The notes below the pieces were generated by a model. The model saw only the letters and a list, made by a program, of their open reading frames with translations, searched no databases and was not told where the DNA came from. Made by a program: the position numbers and the translations under genes. A stretch of DNA of 50,938 bases, taken from NCBI GenBank assembly GCA_965649115.1, contig CBFGJN010000005.1, positions 1-50,938 on the forward strand, in the 5' to 3' direction. The DNA is from a candidate division WOR-3 bacterium. Lineage in GTDB: Bacteria > Hydrothermota > Hydrothermia > LBFQ01 > DSFT01. Below, one piece after another: positions 9,720-19,667 of this stretch (positions within the stretch are counted from its first letter, which is position 1; every line of letters starts with the position of its first letter).

Positions 9720-10847
9720 TTAAAACCTCCCGTAAATAACCAAGTTTGTTCCTATAAAGTTTTTGTCTCTTTGTAAAAACTCAAACCAAAACGAATTATG
9801 AGAAAAATTACTATCAACTTCCGCATAAACAACACTTCCCGCTTTTAGAGCCTTTTTTACAAATTTATTTAATCCAAGTTGTCTTGAATCTATCGCTAAA
9901 TTTATAAATCCATTTGAAACAAGCGATTTAATTTTTATTCCATTTATTGAAGGTAAAATATCATTTCCTAAATTACTTGAAAATGTAGCAGGTGTTAAGA
10001 AAAGGATTTTTATTATATCTCCTTGATTTACTTTTATTGCCTCTCTAAATAGATTTTTTATGTCAGAATTATTTTCAATCTCATAATAGGCGCTTTTCAT
10101 TTCACCACCAAGTTTTAATGACTTTGGTTCTTTTTTGAAGAAATTGTAAATTTTATTTTCATCAAGATTGGCTTTTTTTAGCTCATTATTATCAAAATCA
10201 AATTCAACCCAAAAGACAAAATACCAATCGTATTCTTTATATCCATTTTCCATCTTATACTTTCCATCTTTCAATCTCAAAAAATCAATTCTATAAAGTC
10301 CATCTTCCTCAACAACAGTATGATAACTCATATCTTGCCTTATTCCAACCCTATTTTCATATTCAAAAATATCTTTAAACTTGATAATTTCATTTTTATC
10401 TGGAATTTGTCCATTTAACCATTTTTTAAGACCATCTTGACTTATAAATCCATCAAAGTCTTCAACCTCTTCCTCTCCAAAATAAATAGCAAATTTTTCA
10501 ATTGGATTTGGTTTGTTTGTATTATTTGGATTAAAAAGCTTATAATTTTCATTTGGAAATTTCAGAAGATAAATTTTATCATCTTTTCCTTTTCTTCCTG
10601 TGTAAATATCAGCAGGTTTAGGAAAATAGATTTTTCCATCTTTTTCATTATAAAGAAATGGACCATAAACAGCTTTTAGAATTTTTGTAATATCTATTTT
10701 ATATTCCCAATAAATTTTAGAGCATATAGCACTTGCAAAAGTATGAGGAAAAGGAGGAAAAATTGAACTTGCAATATCTCCAAGATTAAAAGGCTTTCCA
10801 CTTCCAAAAAATAAAACATCATAAGGTTTTATTTTGAATTTAAGCAT
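9720..10847 (-). CDS. cmr3: Type III-B CRISPR RAMP Cmr3 (Cas5 family)
   Basis: IKPYDVLFFGSGKPF, FPPFPHT, ENRVGI, LKLGGE, LTPA, AGSVVY. Confidence 0.92.
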   Translation of the reverse strand: MLKFKIKPYDVLFFGSGKPFNLGDIASSIFPPFPHTFASAICSKIYWEYKIDITKILKAVYGPFLYNEKDGKIYFPKPADIYTGRKGKDDKIYLLKFPNENYKLFNPNNTNKPNPIEKFAIYFGEEEVEDFDGFISQDGLKKWLNGQIPDKNEIIKFKDIFEYENRVGIRQDMSYHTVVEEDGLYRIDFLRLKDGKYKMENGYKEYDWYFVFWVEFDFDNNELKKANLDENKIYNFFKKEPKSLKLGGEMKSAYYEIENNSDIKNLFREAIKVNQGDIIKILFLTPATFSSNLGNDILPSINGIKIKSLVSNGFINLAIDSRQLGLNKFVKKALKAGSVVYAEVDSNFSHNSFWFEFLQRDKNFIGTNLVIYGRF

Positions 10848-10850
10848 GTT

Positions 10851-12074
10851 TTAAACCTCCCTTGGGTAAATTTTTTGTTTATTTCTAACAAAAATAGATA
10901 TCAAATCCCAATTGACACGCTCATTTATTTCACGATCAGGATAAAATATCAAATCTTTTTTTGGTTTTGGTTTATATATTATAAAAAGCAAAACATAATT
11001 ACTCTGTGAAATCTCAATAATTTTAAACATCAATGGGGAAGCCTTTCTTAAATTTCTGTATCTTCCTACACTAACTATTGGAAGCCCAAAAACTATCCTT
11101 TGATTTATATTTTTTGATTGTCTAAATTTTTTGTATTCAGAACCAGCTTGATCCATAAGGTTTTTCCAATCATTTTTCTCCTCGTATTTATAAACTTCAA
11201 AGTGTTCAAAAAGGTAAGGTATGCCATTTCTTGGTTTAGGATTTAAAATATTTTTTATCTTTTCAAGATTATCTTTTATCCAATTTTCTATTTGAGGTGT
11301 CGGTAAGAAACTCAAATCAAAACAATTTGATATTAAATCTTTATTATTTTCTTCAATTTTCTCTACTTTTATTGACCCGAAACCTCTTCTGCTTCTACTT
11401 CCAAAATTTCCAAGATTAAATGCAAGCCATAAAGCACAGAAAAATTTTTTAATATCATCATCAGTTGATTTGGGATGAAAACGAATGGTTAAGGTAAAAG
11501 TCGTATCTTCTGGAATTAGTTCTCTCTTATTTGCCTTTAATGAAAATCCTAAATAGGAGTATCCTTCTAATTGAAGGTATAAAGGATAATAAATGAACGG
11601 ACTATACTTTGTTATATCCTTAATCTCAGGTTTAGATAAAAACTCCTCAATTTGTTTTTTTATATAAGTAAGCTCGCGTAAATTTTTCTTTAAACTATCT
11701 AAATTTCTTTGTAGTTTTTGTTTTTCCTCGTGATTCTTTTCTTTTTTAAGTTTTTCTTCTATTTTATTTATTTCTTCTCGTGTTTCCTTTATTCCTTTTT
11801 CCAATACTTTTGTTTTATTATCTTGTGCAAAACTTTTAATTCTATCTAAGTTAAATTCCTCTTTACTTAGACTTATTCTCACCAATCCCTGATTTGCTTT
11901 ATCTCCACCCCATCCAAAAATTCTTCTTTCATCTTCAATAGAACCACCTGCAATTCTAAACCACCATCTCAAAATCCCATTTATGCTTTGAGTTCTCAAT
12001 TCTGCCTGCTGATTTGCTCCACCAAGAAAAAGAGGCGTTATGATTTTACACTTTAAATTAAAAGTTCTCATCAT
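10851..12074 (-). CDS. cmr1: Type III-B CRISPR RAMP Cmr1 (copy b, with coiled-coil insertion)
   Basis: ITPLFLGGA, ELRTQSINGILRWWFR, FGSRSRRGFG, FGLP, RKASPL. Confidence 0.92.
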   Translation of the reverse strand: MMRTFNLKCKIITPLFLGGANQQAELRTQSINGILRWWFRIAGGSIEDERRIFGWGGDKANQGLVRISLSKEEFNLDRIKSFAQDNKTKVLEKGIKETREEINKIEEKLKKEKNHEEKQKLQRNLDSLKKNLRELTYIKKQIEEFLSKPEIKDITKYSPFIYYPLYLQLEGYSYLGFSLKANKRELIPEDTTFTLTIRFHPKSTDDDIKKFFCALWLAFNLGNFGSRSRRGFGSIKVEKIEENNKDLISNCFDLSFLPTPQIENWIKDNLEKIKNILNPKPRNGIPYLFEHFEVYKYEEKNDWKNLMDQAGSEYKKFRQSKNINQRIVFGLPIVSVGRYRNLRKASPLMFKIIEISQSNYVLLFIIYKPKPKKDLIFYPDREINERVNWDLISIFVRNKQKIYPREV

Positions 12075-12127
12075 AACTTAACCTCCTATGTAATTTTTAA
12101 GAGTTTCTATTTGATAAATAAACCTTT

Positions 12128-14734
12128 TCATACTCTAACCTCCCTTGATAAAAATCTTGAAATTAAAAAGAGATTGACAAAATACTTCACCTCAAAGTTG
12201 TAGTTTTCAAATTGTTTTATGATTTCTTCAATATATTTTTTATTTTCAACCTTCTTTCTAAAATAAATTCGTTTTAGTTCAACTTTTAAAAGTTCTTTAT
12301 TTTCAATCATTTCATTTTCATAAATTTCTGAAAATTCCTTTGCGAAACCTGATGGAATTTGCTCATTTTTGAACTTACAAATTAAGTCATTTATAAAATT
12401 AATTAAATCCCATTTCCCACCTGTATCTCTAATTTCACCTGAATGAGAAATAACTCTTATACAAAAGGCATCTTTTTTAAATGTCTCTTTTGCCATTTTT
12501 TCAGCATTTCTTACTTCCTTCAAGGCAAGATATAATGGATATTTATGATGAACTATAACAATTCCAGCACTCATACTTGCCTTTGGACTTAACACTTCTT
12601 TAAAAGTTTTTTGTAAATTAAAAGCACAACTTAAAACTTCTTCAATTGGCAAGAATGCTAAAAGATCATCACCACCTGCATAAATGAGCTTTCCATAATG
12701 ATAATCTTCAACGATTTTTCTAACTTCTTCAAGTGCAAATTTTGAAAGTCTTCTTGAAAATGCTTGGTGAATTGATGGAGAAACAGGATGTTCAGAACAG
12801 AGAAGCTTTTTAAGTTCATCTATATCTTTTCCTTCACTATATGAAATTAAAGTATCAATAACTTTTGAGTGAATTGTATCTTTTATTTTTGGATTAAATT
12901 CACCTTTTAACCACTTGCCCATATTATCTCCATCCATTTGTAAAATAGCATAGTATTTTGAAGGGGAGATTTTGTTATTTTCTATGAATTTAAGAATATC
13001 TTCATAATCTCCTTCACTCACATCTAAACCATATTCCTTTTTAAAATAATCCTTTCTGTAAGTTTCTTTCATTAGGAATTGTCCGTCTATTTGATAAAGT
13101 AGATCATTTTTTAATTTTGGAACGGAGATCGTTTCGGGAAGTTTTTGTGTGAATAACCTCGGTTTTTTAATTAAATTACCTTGGTTATCTTCTTCGTATT
13201 TAAAATTAAAAATATTAACAAATTTTTTCTTCACCTGTTCATCCAACCTTCTCTTTTCTCCAATACTTGCCATTTCGGAAGTTGAAGGGAATTTAATTTC
13301 AGTTTGTAATTTAAGTTTTTCCTTTATTATTTCAGGAAATAATCTTTTTGTTATACAAACACCGCAGAGTTTCTCGCCTTTCTTCAATAATCCTGGTTTC
13401 TTATTCCTTAAACTATTCCAATCTATATCCAAAACCTCAAACTCACCACATAAATGACATTTTTCTCCTCTACTTTCATAATAATTTTCTTCTAAAACAT
13501 TTCTAATTGATTTTCTTGCTCCAAGAAGTTTTTCAGTAAGTTCTAATAATAATGAATAGGCAGAACCAACATTAGCAGGTTTATAATAAGGATGTTCTAC
13601 AATTGTTTTTATTGTCTGATAAAGATTATTGTTGTTTGAAATCAATTTTCCATAATCTTCAAGAGCTTCATTTGGACTATAATTTTGAGTATCATTTGTC
13701 CAAGGCAAAACTACCCAATATGCTTGGAAGTAGTTTAAAAGATGAGTTTTGATTTGGTATTTAAGATTTTGATTTGAAGAACAATTTGAGAGTTTATCGG
13801 AAACTTTTTTAGAAATTTCTTCTAATTCATCTCTAAAAGTTTTTTCAACTTCTTTTGCCAAATTATTTCCATTTTCATAAGGAATAATTGCTAAAAATCT
13901 ATTTGGAAAGTTTGCAATTGTAAGAGTTTCATCAGAAAAAGCATTATCTATGAATTTTTTGAAATAGTGTTCATTAGAAAAATTTTGGATTATAGGGGAA
14001 TTCTTAAACTTCTCATAAAGCCATCTATCAACTAATGGTTGTCCTAAAAGATTTGGGAATATAACATTATCAGGTCCAAGTTTTTCCATCACTACTTCAA
14101 TACATTTATATATGAAATACGAAAGCATATAACTACCTGCCCATAAATCAGATGTTTTCCTTGCTTTTGAGATAAATTCTTGAACAGGTGATATTGTAAA
14201 TAGTAAGAATGCTGGTTTTGGTAAAGCAGAAACAATAGCAGAAGTTTGGACTAAATGGTCGTAAATTGAATGGTTTGGAGCTCTTGTATCAGCAGGATGT
14301 TTTTCAATTTCAGGGAAAATTTCGGGATAAAAACGCCAAAGGAAGAGAAAGATAAATTTTGCTCTTTCACCTTGATTTTGAAAAGTTAAATTTCCAAGTT
14401 TTTCAAATAATTTTTTAACTTTTTCTTCGTCGGGTGATTGAATTGGTTCTTTTCTTTTGGAGAAAATATCTATGAATTGACATTCATGATAATCAACTTG
14501 GGAAGATTTTTCAAATTGATCTTTTTTATTCTGCTCATTGAAATTTGGCTCGATAATGACTCTACTTTGAGCGAAAGAAAGTTTGTCTGAAATACTTACA
14601 ATATCTTCTTTAAGACTTTCATTTGGAAATATCTTTTGAAAAAGTTTTTCAGCCTCATCATAATGGGTTTTTATAAACTTTGCCTTATATGGTGGGTCGT
14701 GAAGCAAAGCTTTTAATTTAAGCTTCCAGTCCAT
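12128..14734 (-). CDS. cas10: Type III-B Cas10/Cmr2 cyclic oligoadenylate synthase subunit
   Basis: LLHDP, PADTR, KTSDLWAGSY, CxxC..CxxC zinc finger, MDGDNMG, YAGGDD palm motif. Confidence 0.97.
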   Translation of the reverse strand: MDWKLKLKALLHDPPYKAKFIKTHYDEAEKLFQKIFPNESLKEDIVSISDKLSFAQSRVIIEPNFNEQNKKDQFEKSSQVDYHECQFIDIFSKRKEPIQSPDEEKVKKLFEKLGNLTFQNQGERAKFIFLFLWRFYPEIFPEIEKHPADTRAPNHSIYDHLVQTSAIVSALPKPAFLLFTISPVQEFISKARKTSDLWAGSYMLSYFIYKCIEVVMEKLGPDNVIFPNLLGQPLVDRWLYEKFKNSPIIQNFSNEHYFKKFIDNAFSDETLTIANFPNRFLAIIPYENGNNLAKEVEKTFRDELEEISKKVSDKLSNCSSNQNLKYQIKTHLLNYFQAYWVVLPWTNDTQNYSPNEALEDYGKLISNNNNLYQTIKTIVEHPYYKPANVGSAYSLLLELTEKLLGARKSIRNVLEENYYESRGEKCHLCGEFEVLDIDWNSLRNKKPGLLKKGEKLCGVCITKRLFPEIIKEKLKLQTEIKFPSTSEMASIGEKRRLDEQVKKKFVNIFNFKYEEDNQGNLIKKPRLFTQKLPETISVPKLKNDLLYQIDGQFLMKETYRKDYFKKEYGLDVSEGDYEDILKFIENNKISPSKYYAILQMDGDNMGKWLKGEFNPKIKDTIHSKVIDTLISYSEGKDIDELKKLLCSEHPVSPSIHQAFSRRLSKFALEEVRKIVEDYHYGKLIYAGGDDLLAFLPIEEVLSCAFNLQKTFKEVLSPKASMSAGIVIVHHKYPLYLALKEVRNAEKMAKETFKKDAFCIRVISHSGEIRDTGGKWDLINFINDLICKFKNEQIPSGFAKEFSEIYENEMIENKELLKVELKRIYFRKKVENKKYIEEIIKQFENYNFEVKYFVNLFLISRFLSREVRV

Positions 14735-14738
14735 AGTT

Positions 14739-16013
14739 TTACCTCCTTGGTATTTCCTCTATTAAAAATTCTTGAATTATATTTTCGCATGAACGATTAA
14801 AGTTTTGAACTATATTTGAACCATTAAAAATTATTGTGTTTTTACTTATCGTAAATAAGTTTTGATTTAAAATTCTCAATAAGCCTCTATGAGCAAAGAA
14901 ATTTCTTTTTAATTTTTTGAGATCATTTGGAAGAAGAAAACTTTTCTTAGATTTGAAAAACCTATTTATTTCTAAAATTATCTCATTTCTTAAAGTAGCA
15001 ATTCGTCTATATAACTTTCTTGTTAATTCTACAATTTTAATCTGACTTACTTGACTTTGATTTTTGAATCCAATTTTATTTAAAATAAATGAAATTAAGT
15101 AAATTTTTACTAAATCTGAAGTTTTTTCAGAAATTTGAATTTGCCTTTTAACAACATTTCCATTAACCAAAATGTTTGAATAAAAATTATTTAATTCAGC
15201 TCCAATATCATTTTTTAAATTGTTCAAATCGGGCATATAGTAATAAATGAAGTAAGGAAGACCATGAATAATTGAAGAACCAAAACAATAATATCTTAAT
15301 TCATTATTTTGTTGATTTTTCTTAATCATTTGCTTAAATTGATTTAGCAAGTTATGGTCTATTGAAATTGGAAAGTTTGGGAAAACTTGAAAATTAACTA
15401 TTTTATTTATTCTGTATTTGCTTTTTGTAGAAACGGGAGCGACAGGTTCAGAATAAAGAACTTTTAAATTTACCATAAAGAAATAAGATAAAATTTGAGC
15501 CATCTCATAAATGGCATCATAAATTGAAACAATATGATAATTTTGCCCATGCGTAATATCAAAAACTATTTCTATATTTTTGTCATTTGAATTAAGAACA
15601 TTTTGAATAATATAATCAGTAAGTTCGTATAAAGTAATATGATAAAAATCTCTTGGATTACCTTCATAAGATGAATTAGAATAATTGCCAACCCCTGGTG
15701 AAACTATTATCTTATTTACTTTAATTTGATGTTGATTAATAATGCTTTGGGCACAATTTATTGCTCTTTGCTTTACATCATTATAATCAGAAAATGGATT
15801 TGGATCATAACAATCACAATTATTCTTATTACTTTTTGGTAAAAAACTTGAATTAGCAAGTGTATCTGAAATTACAATAATTGCATAATTTGGATTTTCA
15901 ACTTTATGAATCACTTCCAAACTTGTTGAAGCAATAGTAGTCTGACCTTCATATTCATATTCTACAATTTCCCAACTACATGGATTTCCCCACGTTGCTA
16001 TAAGCACTTTCAT
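14739..16013 (-). CDS. csx1: Csx1 CARF-HEPN ribonuclease
   Basis: MKVLIATWGNP..W..Y start, DITHGQN CARF motif, RNFFAH HEPN motif. Confidence 0.88.
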   Translation of the reverse strand: MKVLIATWGNPCSWEIVEYEYEGQTTIASTSLEVIHKVENPNYAIIVISDTLANSSFLPKSNKNNCDCYDPNPFSDYNDVKQRAINCAQSIINQHQIKVNKIIVSPGVGNYSNSSYEGNPRDFYHITLYELTDYIIQNVLNSNDKNIEIVFDITHGQNYHIVSIYDAIYEMAQILSYFFMVNLKVLYSEPVAPVSTKSKYRINKIVNFQVFPNFPISIDHNLLNQFKQMIKKNQQNNELRYYCFGSSIIHGLPYFIYYYMPDLNNLKNDIGAELNNFYSNILVNGNVVKRQIQISEKTSDLVKIYLISFILNKIGFKNQSQVSQIKIVELTRKLYRRIATLRNEIILEINRFFKSKKSFLLPNDLKKLKRNFFAHRGLLRILNQNLFTISKNTIIFNGSNIVQNFNRSCENIIQEFLIEEIPRR

Positions 16014-16016
16014 TTT

Positions 16017-16937
16017 TTAGCCTCCTTCTGCCATTATGACATCAAAAACTTTAACTTCCTTACTATTCGTTGAAACATAAACAAAATATCTATCATAACT
16101 TAAAGAATAAAAAGCACCTGCAATACTTTGAACCTTTTGACCTCCTGTTGTATCAATTAAAATTTCATTATCTTTCAGACTTTTTTCCTTTAATTCTCTA
16201 AATGCCTCTTCCAAGGCTAATATATTTTTTTCAAGATTTTCAAAATCTATACCTTGATTGTGTCCTATAATTTGAACATTTGGAAAGAATTTTTTTACAA
16301 GCTCTTCAAAATGTTTGATTTGATTATAAGAGCCATTTTCACTTCCAATAACATAAAGGTATTCAATTTGATTATATTTTTCTAAAATTCTCAATTGCAT
16401 TTCCCAAGAACATCTTGGATATGATAAGTAAAAACTTTCAAGGTTTTCAAAATCGCAAGGATTAAAACTTTGTGGCATATTATTCCAATAACTCAAAAAC
16501 ATAACTAAACCCTTAATTTTTTTTGGTGAAACTTCTTTAACTGAAAATCTTAAACCTTCCGAACTTCTTATATATAACCAAATTACTAAAAAAGCACTTG
16601 AAGATAATGAAAATTGGATAAAAACTAATAAATTTTCTTTTAAAAATTCCCTTAAAGCGAAAGCAAAAAGAAGAACAACAAAAGCAGAAAGGACAATAGC
16701 AAAAAATAAATGATTTTCTTTTATTTTGCTCAATTTTCCAATAAGCCAATAAAAAGATAAATTTAAAATAATAATACCTCCTGAAATTCCTACAAAACAT
16801 AAATTGCCTTCATATAATAATTTTAAAAATTCAGCAAATCCATCAGCAAACCAAGAAACTGAAAGAATAAAAATTAATGCAATTATAAAAGTTTGAGGTT
16901 TTCTAATTCTACCTAATTGTCTAATTAAGAATTCCAT
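16017..16937 (-). CDS. Membrane-anchored CARF effector (Cam1-like), about 4 TM helices plus C-terminal CARF
   Basis: Four hydrophobic segments in the first ~125 aa; GLVMFLS and IDTTGGQK CARF motifs. Confidence 0.78.
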   Translation of the reverse strand: MEFLIRQLGRIRKPQTFIIALIFILSVSWFADGFAEFLKLLYEGNLCFVGISGGIIILNLSFYWLIGKLSKIKENHLFFAIVLSAFVVLLFAFALREFLKENLLVFIQFSLSSSAFLVIWLYIRSSEGLRFSVKEVSPKKIKGLVMFLSYWNNMPQSFNPCDFENLESFYLSYPRCSWEMQLRILEKYNQIEYLYVIGSENGSYNQIKHFEELVKKFFPNVQIIGHNQGIDFENLEKNILALEEAFRELKEKSLKDNEILIDTTGGQKVQSIAGAFYSLSYDRYFVYVSTNSKEVKVFDVIMAEGG

Positions 16938-16943
16938 TTACTT

Positions 16944-17813
16944 TCAATCATTTCCTAATATCTCCATCGCCAAAAGTTTCAAAAGTGGTCTTTGATCTTT
17001 CGTTTTATAGTAGTATTCTACCAGTGCTCTTGCTAATCTATATGGAATTTCAAAAGATAAGACAAAAAACGAAAACCAATAAAATGGATAAAATGGATAA
17101 TAACGCCTTAAAATGTAAATTATTTCATCAATATCATATGGATAAAACCACCAATGTATCCTATTAAACTTTCTATCTTTCCAATCTTCAAGAACAAATG
17201 GAAGAAAGTCTTTGTTATATTTTAACCAATAATAGCAACCTTGATATTCAAGTGGTTGATTTTTTATAAATTCAGAAACAATAGCTTTTTCCTTATCAAA
17301 ATGAATAAATGCAATAGCATTAGCAAGACTTTCTTCTATAATCCTCTCGTGTTCATTTAATTTATCTGTTTTTAAGTAAGCATGGACAAGCTCGTGAATA
17401 AGGACTTTTTGAAATATAATTTGAGGTTCTTTATGCTTATAAATCCTTTCAGGACAAATATAAATTTTATTTTCATTCTTAGAATAGCAAGCAAGAGCAG
17501 GAAAAGTCCATTTATTACATTCAGAAACCTCACCCCATAAAGAATTTACAATACTTACACTTTCTTCATAATTTCCAATATTTTCATTGAAATTTACTAT
17601 TCTCTCTCTAACCTTCCTAATAGCGGAACGGGCACATTCAGGGTCATATCCTTTTTGAGGAGGACAAATGTTGTCCATCGTTTTTTCATTTACAAGCTCA
17701 ATTTGAGAAATTTCAGCATATGCTTTTGCTAGAAAAGTTAGCCTACTTACAGCAGATCTTACAAGACCAAAGCTTATTTGTATTGAACTATCTCTATTTT
17801 TAACCTTTTCCAT
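16944..17813 (-). CDS. Putative zinc metalloprotease (HExxH..E) in the cmr operon
   Basis: VLIHELVHAY followed by IIEESLANA; aromatic-rich C-terminus; SD AGGAGG. Confidence 0.65.
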   Translation of the reverse strand: MEKVKNRDSSIQISFGLVRSAVSRLTFLAKAYAEISQIELVNEKTMDNICPPQKGYDPECARSAIRKVRERIVNFNENIGNYEESVSIVNSLWGEVSECNKWTFPALACYSKNENKIYICPERIYKHKEPQIIFQKVLIHELVHAYLKTDKLNEHERIIEESLANAIAFIHFDKEKAIVSEFIKNQPLEYQGCYYWLKYNKDFLPFVLEDWKDRKFNRIHWWFYPYDIDEIIYILRRYYPFYPFYWFSFFVLSFEIPYRLARALVEYYYKTKDQRPLLKLLAMEILGND

Positions 17814-17827
17814 ATCTTAACCTCCTT

Positions 17828-18643
17828 TTAAAAAACTAAATTTCTTAAAATAAAACTTCCTTTACTTGTTATTTTCAATCTATAAACTTCTGTATCCCTT
17901 TCAATATCAACAAGACCATAAATTTCAAGCCTTGTTAATTCATCGTTATATTTATCAAAAAGAATTTTAGCATGTTCTCCACTTATAATAGTTTCCTTTG
18001 ACAACTCTTTTAAAACTTCTAATTCCCTTCCCTTTGGCAAATAAAATAATTTTGGAAGAAATACAACTTCATTAAATTCCTCATTCATATAATAAATATC
18101 GCAGTTAAGTAAAAATCCCGCTAATGCACAAGTTATAACATGAGCTTTAAGTCCTCCCGTCGGATTAAAATAAACATTATATCCTTCATTCATCTTCTTA
18201 CTTGCAATTGAAATAAGTCTATCAAGAAGTTCAACAATACCTTTTTTAAATTCATCTCTTGCATATTTTTCATCAAATTGTGCCTCAAAGAAATATCCTG
18301 AAACTTCATAAGGATTATAAAGTTTAACACCTATTTCTTTTAAATAACTTTCTATTGCTCTTCTTGAAAGTTCGTTTGAATTTGTACTCGTTCCAAAAAG
18401 ATAAACTTCAATATCATTATAGTTTTTATTTTCAATAACCCTTAAAAATGTATTTAGTTCAGCACAGCTCAACTTAGGATTTTCTTTTATGAATCCTTTA
18501 AGCTTTTCAATCGTTTGAGGATTTTCCAAAAGTTCTTTCCACTTATTTTCATCAGCAATTCTTATATCACTTGGAATTATGTTTTTCCTTTGAGCATTCG
18601 TTATAAGAGAAACACCTGTGCTTATTATATGAAATTCTTTCAT
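17828..18643 (-). CDS. crn1: APE2256/Crn1-family CARF protein (probable ring nuclease) with C-terminal wHTH
   Basis: IISTGVSLITN, SCAELN, NPTGGLK, YYMNE. Confidence 0.78.
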   Translation of the reverse strand: MKEFHIISTGVSLITNAQRKNIIPSDIRIADENKWKELLENPQTIEKLKGFIKENPKLSCAELNTFLRVIENKNYNDIEVYLFGTSTNSNELSRRAIESYLKEIGVKLYNPYEVSGYFFEAQFDEKYARDEFKKGIVELLDRLISIASKKMNEGYNVYFNPTGGLKAHVITCALAGFLLNCDIYYMNEEFNEVVFLPKLFYLPKGRELEVLKELSKETIISGEHAKILFDKYNDELTRLEIYGLVDIERDTEVYRLKITSKGSFILRNLVF

Positions 18644-19542
18644 TTTTTAACCTCCTCTTTAAAAAGTCCATATCCAAGCCTTGTTTTTGAACCAACACCA
18701 AACTCACAAAGAGCCTCTTTTAAAATCTCACCAAAAAATTTCTGATTTCTTATTAAATCCTCAACACAATTTTTAACCTTTTCCGAAAAATTATCTTTTA
18801 TCTTTTCCCATCTAAAATCATCAAACAAAACATTAAATTGAAATTCAACTCCTTCCTTTACTACTAAAAAGAAAATAGGTCTTGGATTTTCCCAATCACC
18901 AGGAGCACTTTTTCCTTCATAATAACTTGGATAATGAACATTCATTATGTCAAGGTCAAAAATTTGAGAATTATTTTCTGTTGGATAGGCATCAAGGAAT
19001 AAAAGTAGTCCTTTGAAATTTTGAGCTCCAAAAAGAAGTTGGTATTTTAGAATTTCTTCATCATCTTTGACAAGTTCTTTATAGAATTCTTCTTGAATTT
19101 GAATTCCTTTGCTTTCTGCCAATTTCCAAAACGCAACTGCTCTACAAACGCCTTTTAAAGCACTTCCTGGAATATAAGGCACACCAAGAATATGATGTAA
19201 TGTTATTGAAGTTTCAAGAACATGTTGTGAGCCAAGACCAATAATTAAACGAGATTGGGTTGAAATTCTATTACTATATACTAATTCATATTTTTGATTT
19301 TTTACAAGAAAACTAACTTGTTCCTCAATTCTCTTTAATGAGATTCTGTATGGATAATACACTTTACTATTTGAAAAATTAACATTAGAAAAACTTTGAA
19401 GGAAATTCCTCTTTAACTTTGTGTTCTCAATTATTTCTTTTTTGATAAGTTTTGTTAAGGCGAGAGAGGCATTTTCGCAATTTTGGAAATTTATAGAAAC
19501 ACCATTATAGATTTTATTTATAAGGTCATTATAACCTTTCAT
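18640..19542 (-). CDS. cmr6: Type III-B CRISPR RAMP Cmr6
   Basis: RLIIGLG..LETSITLHHILGVPYIPGSALKG, DIMNVHY, GVGSKTRLGYG. Confidence 0.96.
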   Translation of the reverse strand: MKGYNDLINKIYNGVSINFQNCENASLALTKLIKKEIIENTKLKRNFLQSFSNVNFSNSKVYYPYRISLKRIEEQVSFLVKNQKYELVYSNRISTQSRLIIGLGSQHVLETSITLHHILGVPYIPGSALKGVCRAVAFWKLAESKGIQIQEEFYKELVKDDEEILKYQLLFGAQNFKGLLLFLDAYPTENNSQIFDLDIMNVHYPSYYEGKSAPGDWENPRPIFFLVVKEGVEFQFNVLFDDFRWEKIKDNFSEKVKNCVEDLIRNQKFFGEILKEALCEFGVGSKTRLGYGLFKEEVKK

Positions 19543-19666
19543 CCTCCAACCTCCTCTTTAACTTTTTTAAACCTTTCTATAAGGTTTTCTTGCAGCAATT
19601 TTTCAAACCCCAATTTTTTAATAATCCCTTTTTCAAACTCTTGAAAGGTTTTTTGTTTTTAACCAT
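19539..19666 (-). pseudogene. Probable ~42-aa mini-ORF with a 1-nt frameshift in an A-run
   Basis: ATG 1 nt after the cmr5 stop and TGA overlapping the cmr6 ATG; 128 nt long; the -1 frame reads QKTFQEFEKGIIKKLGFEKLLQENLIERFKKVKEEVGG. Confidence 0.4.
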
Positions 19667-19667
19667 T

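Noticed and set aside
14600-14734. Active HD ssDNA nuclease in Cas10
   Set aside because: LLHDP is present but the domain is short and other metal ligands could not be confirmed by eye
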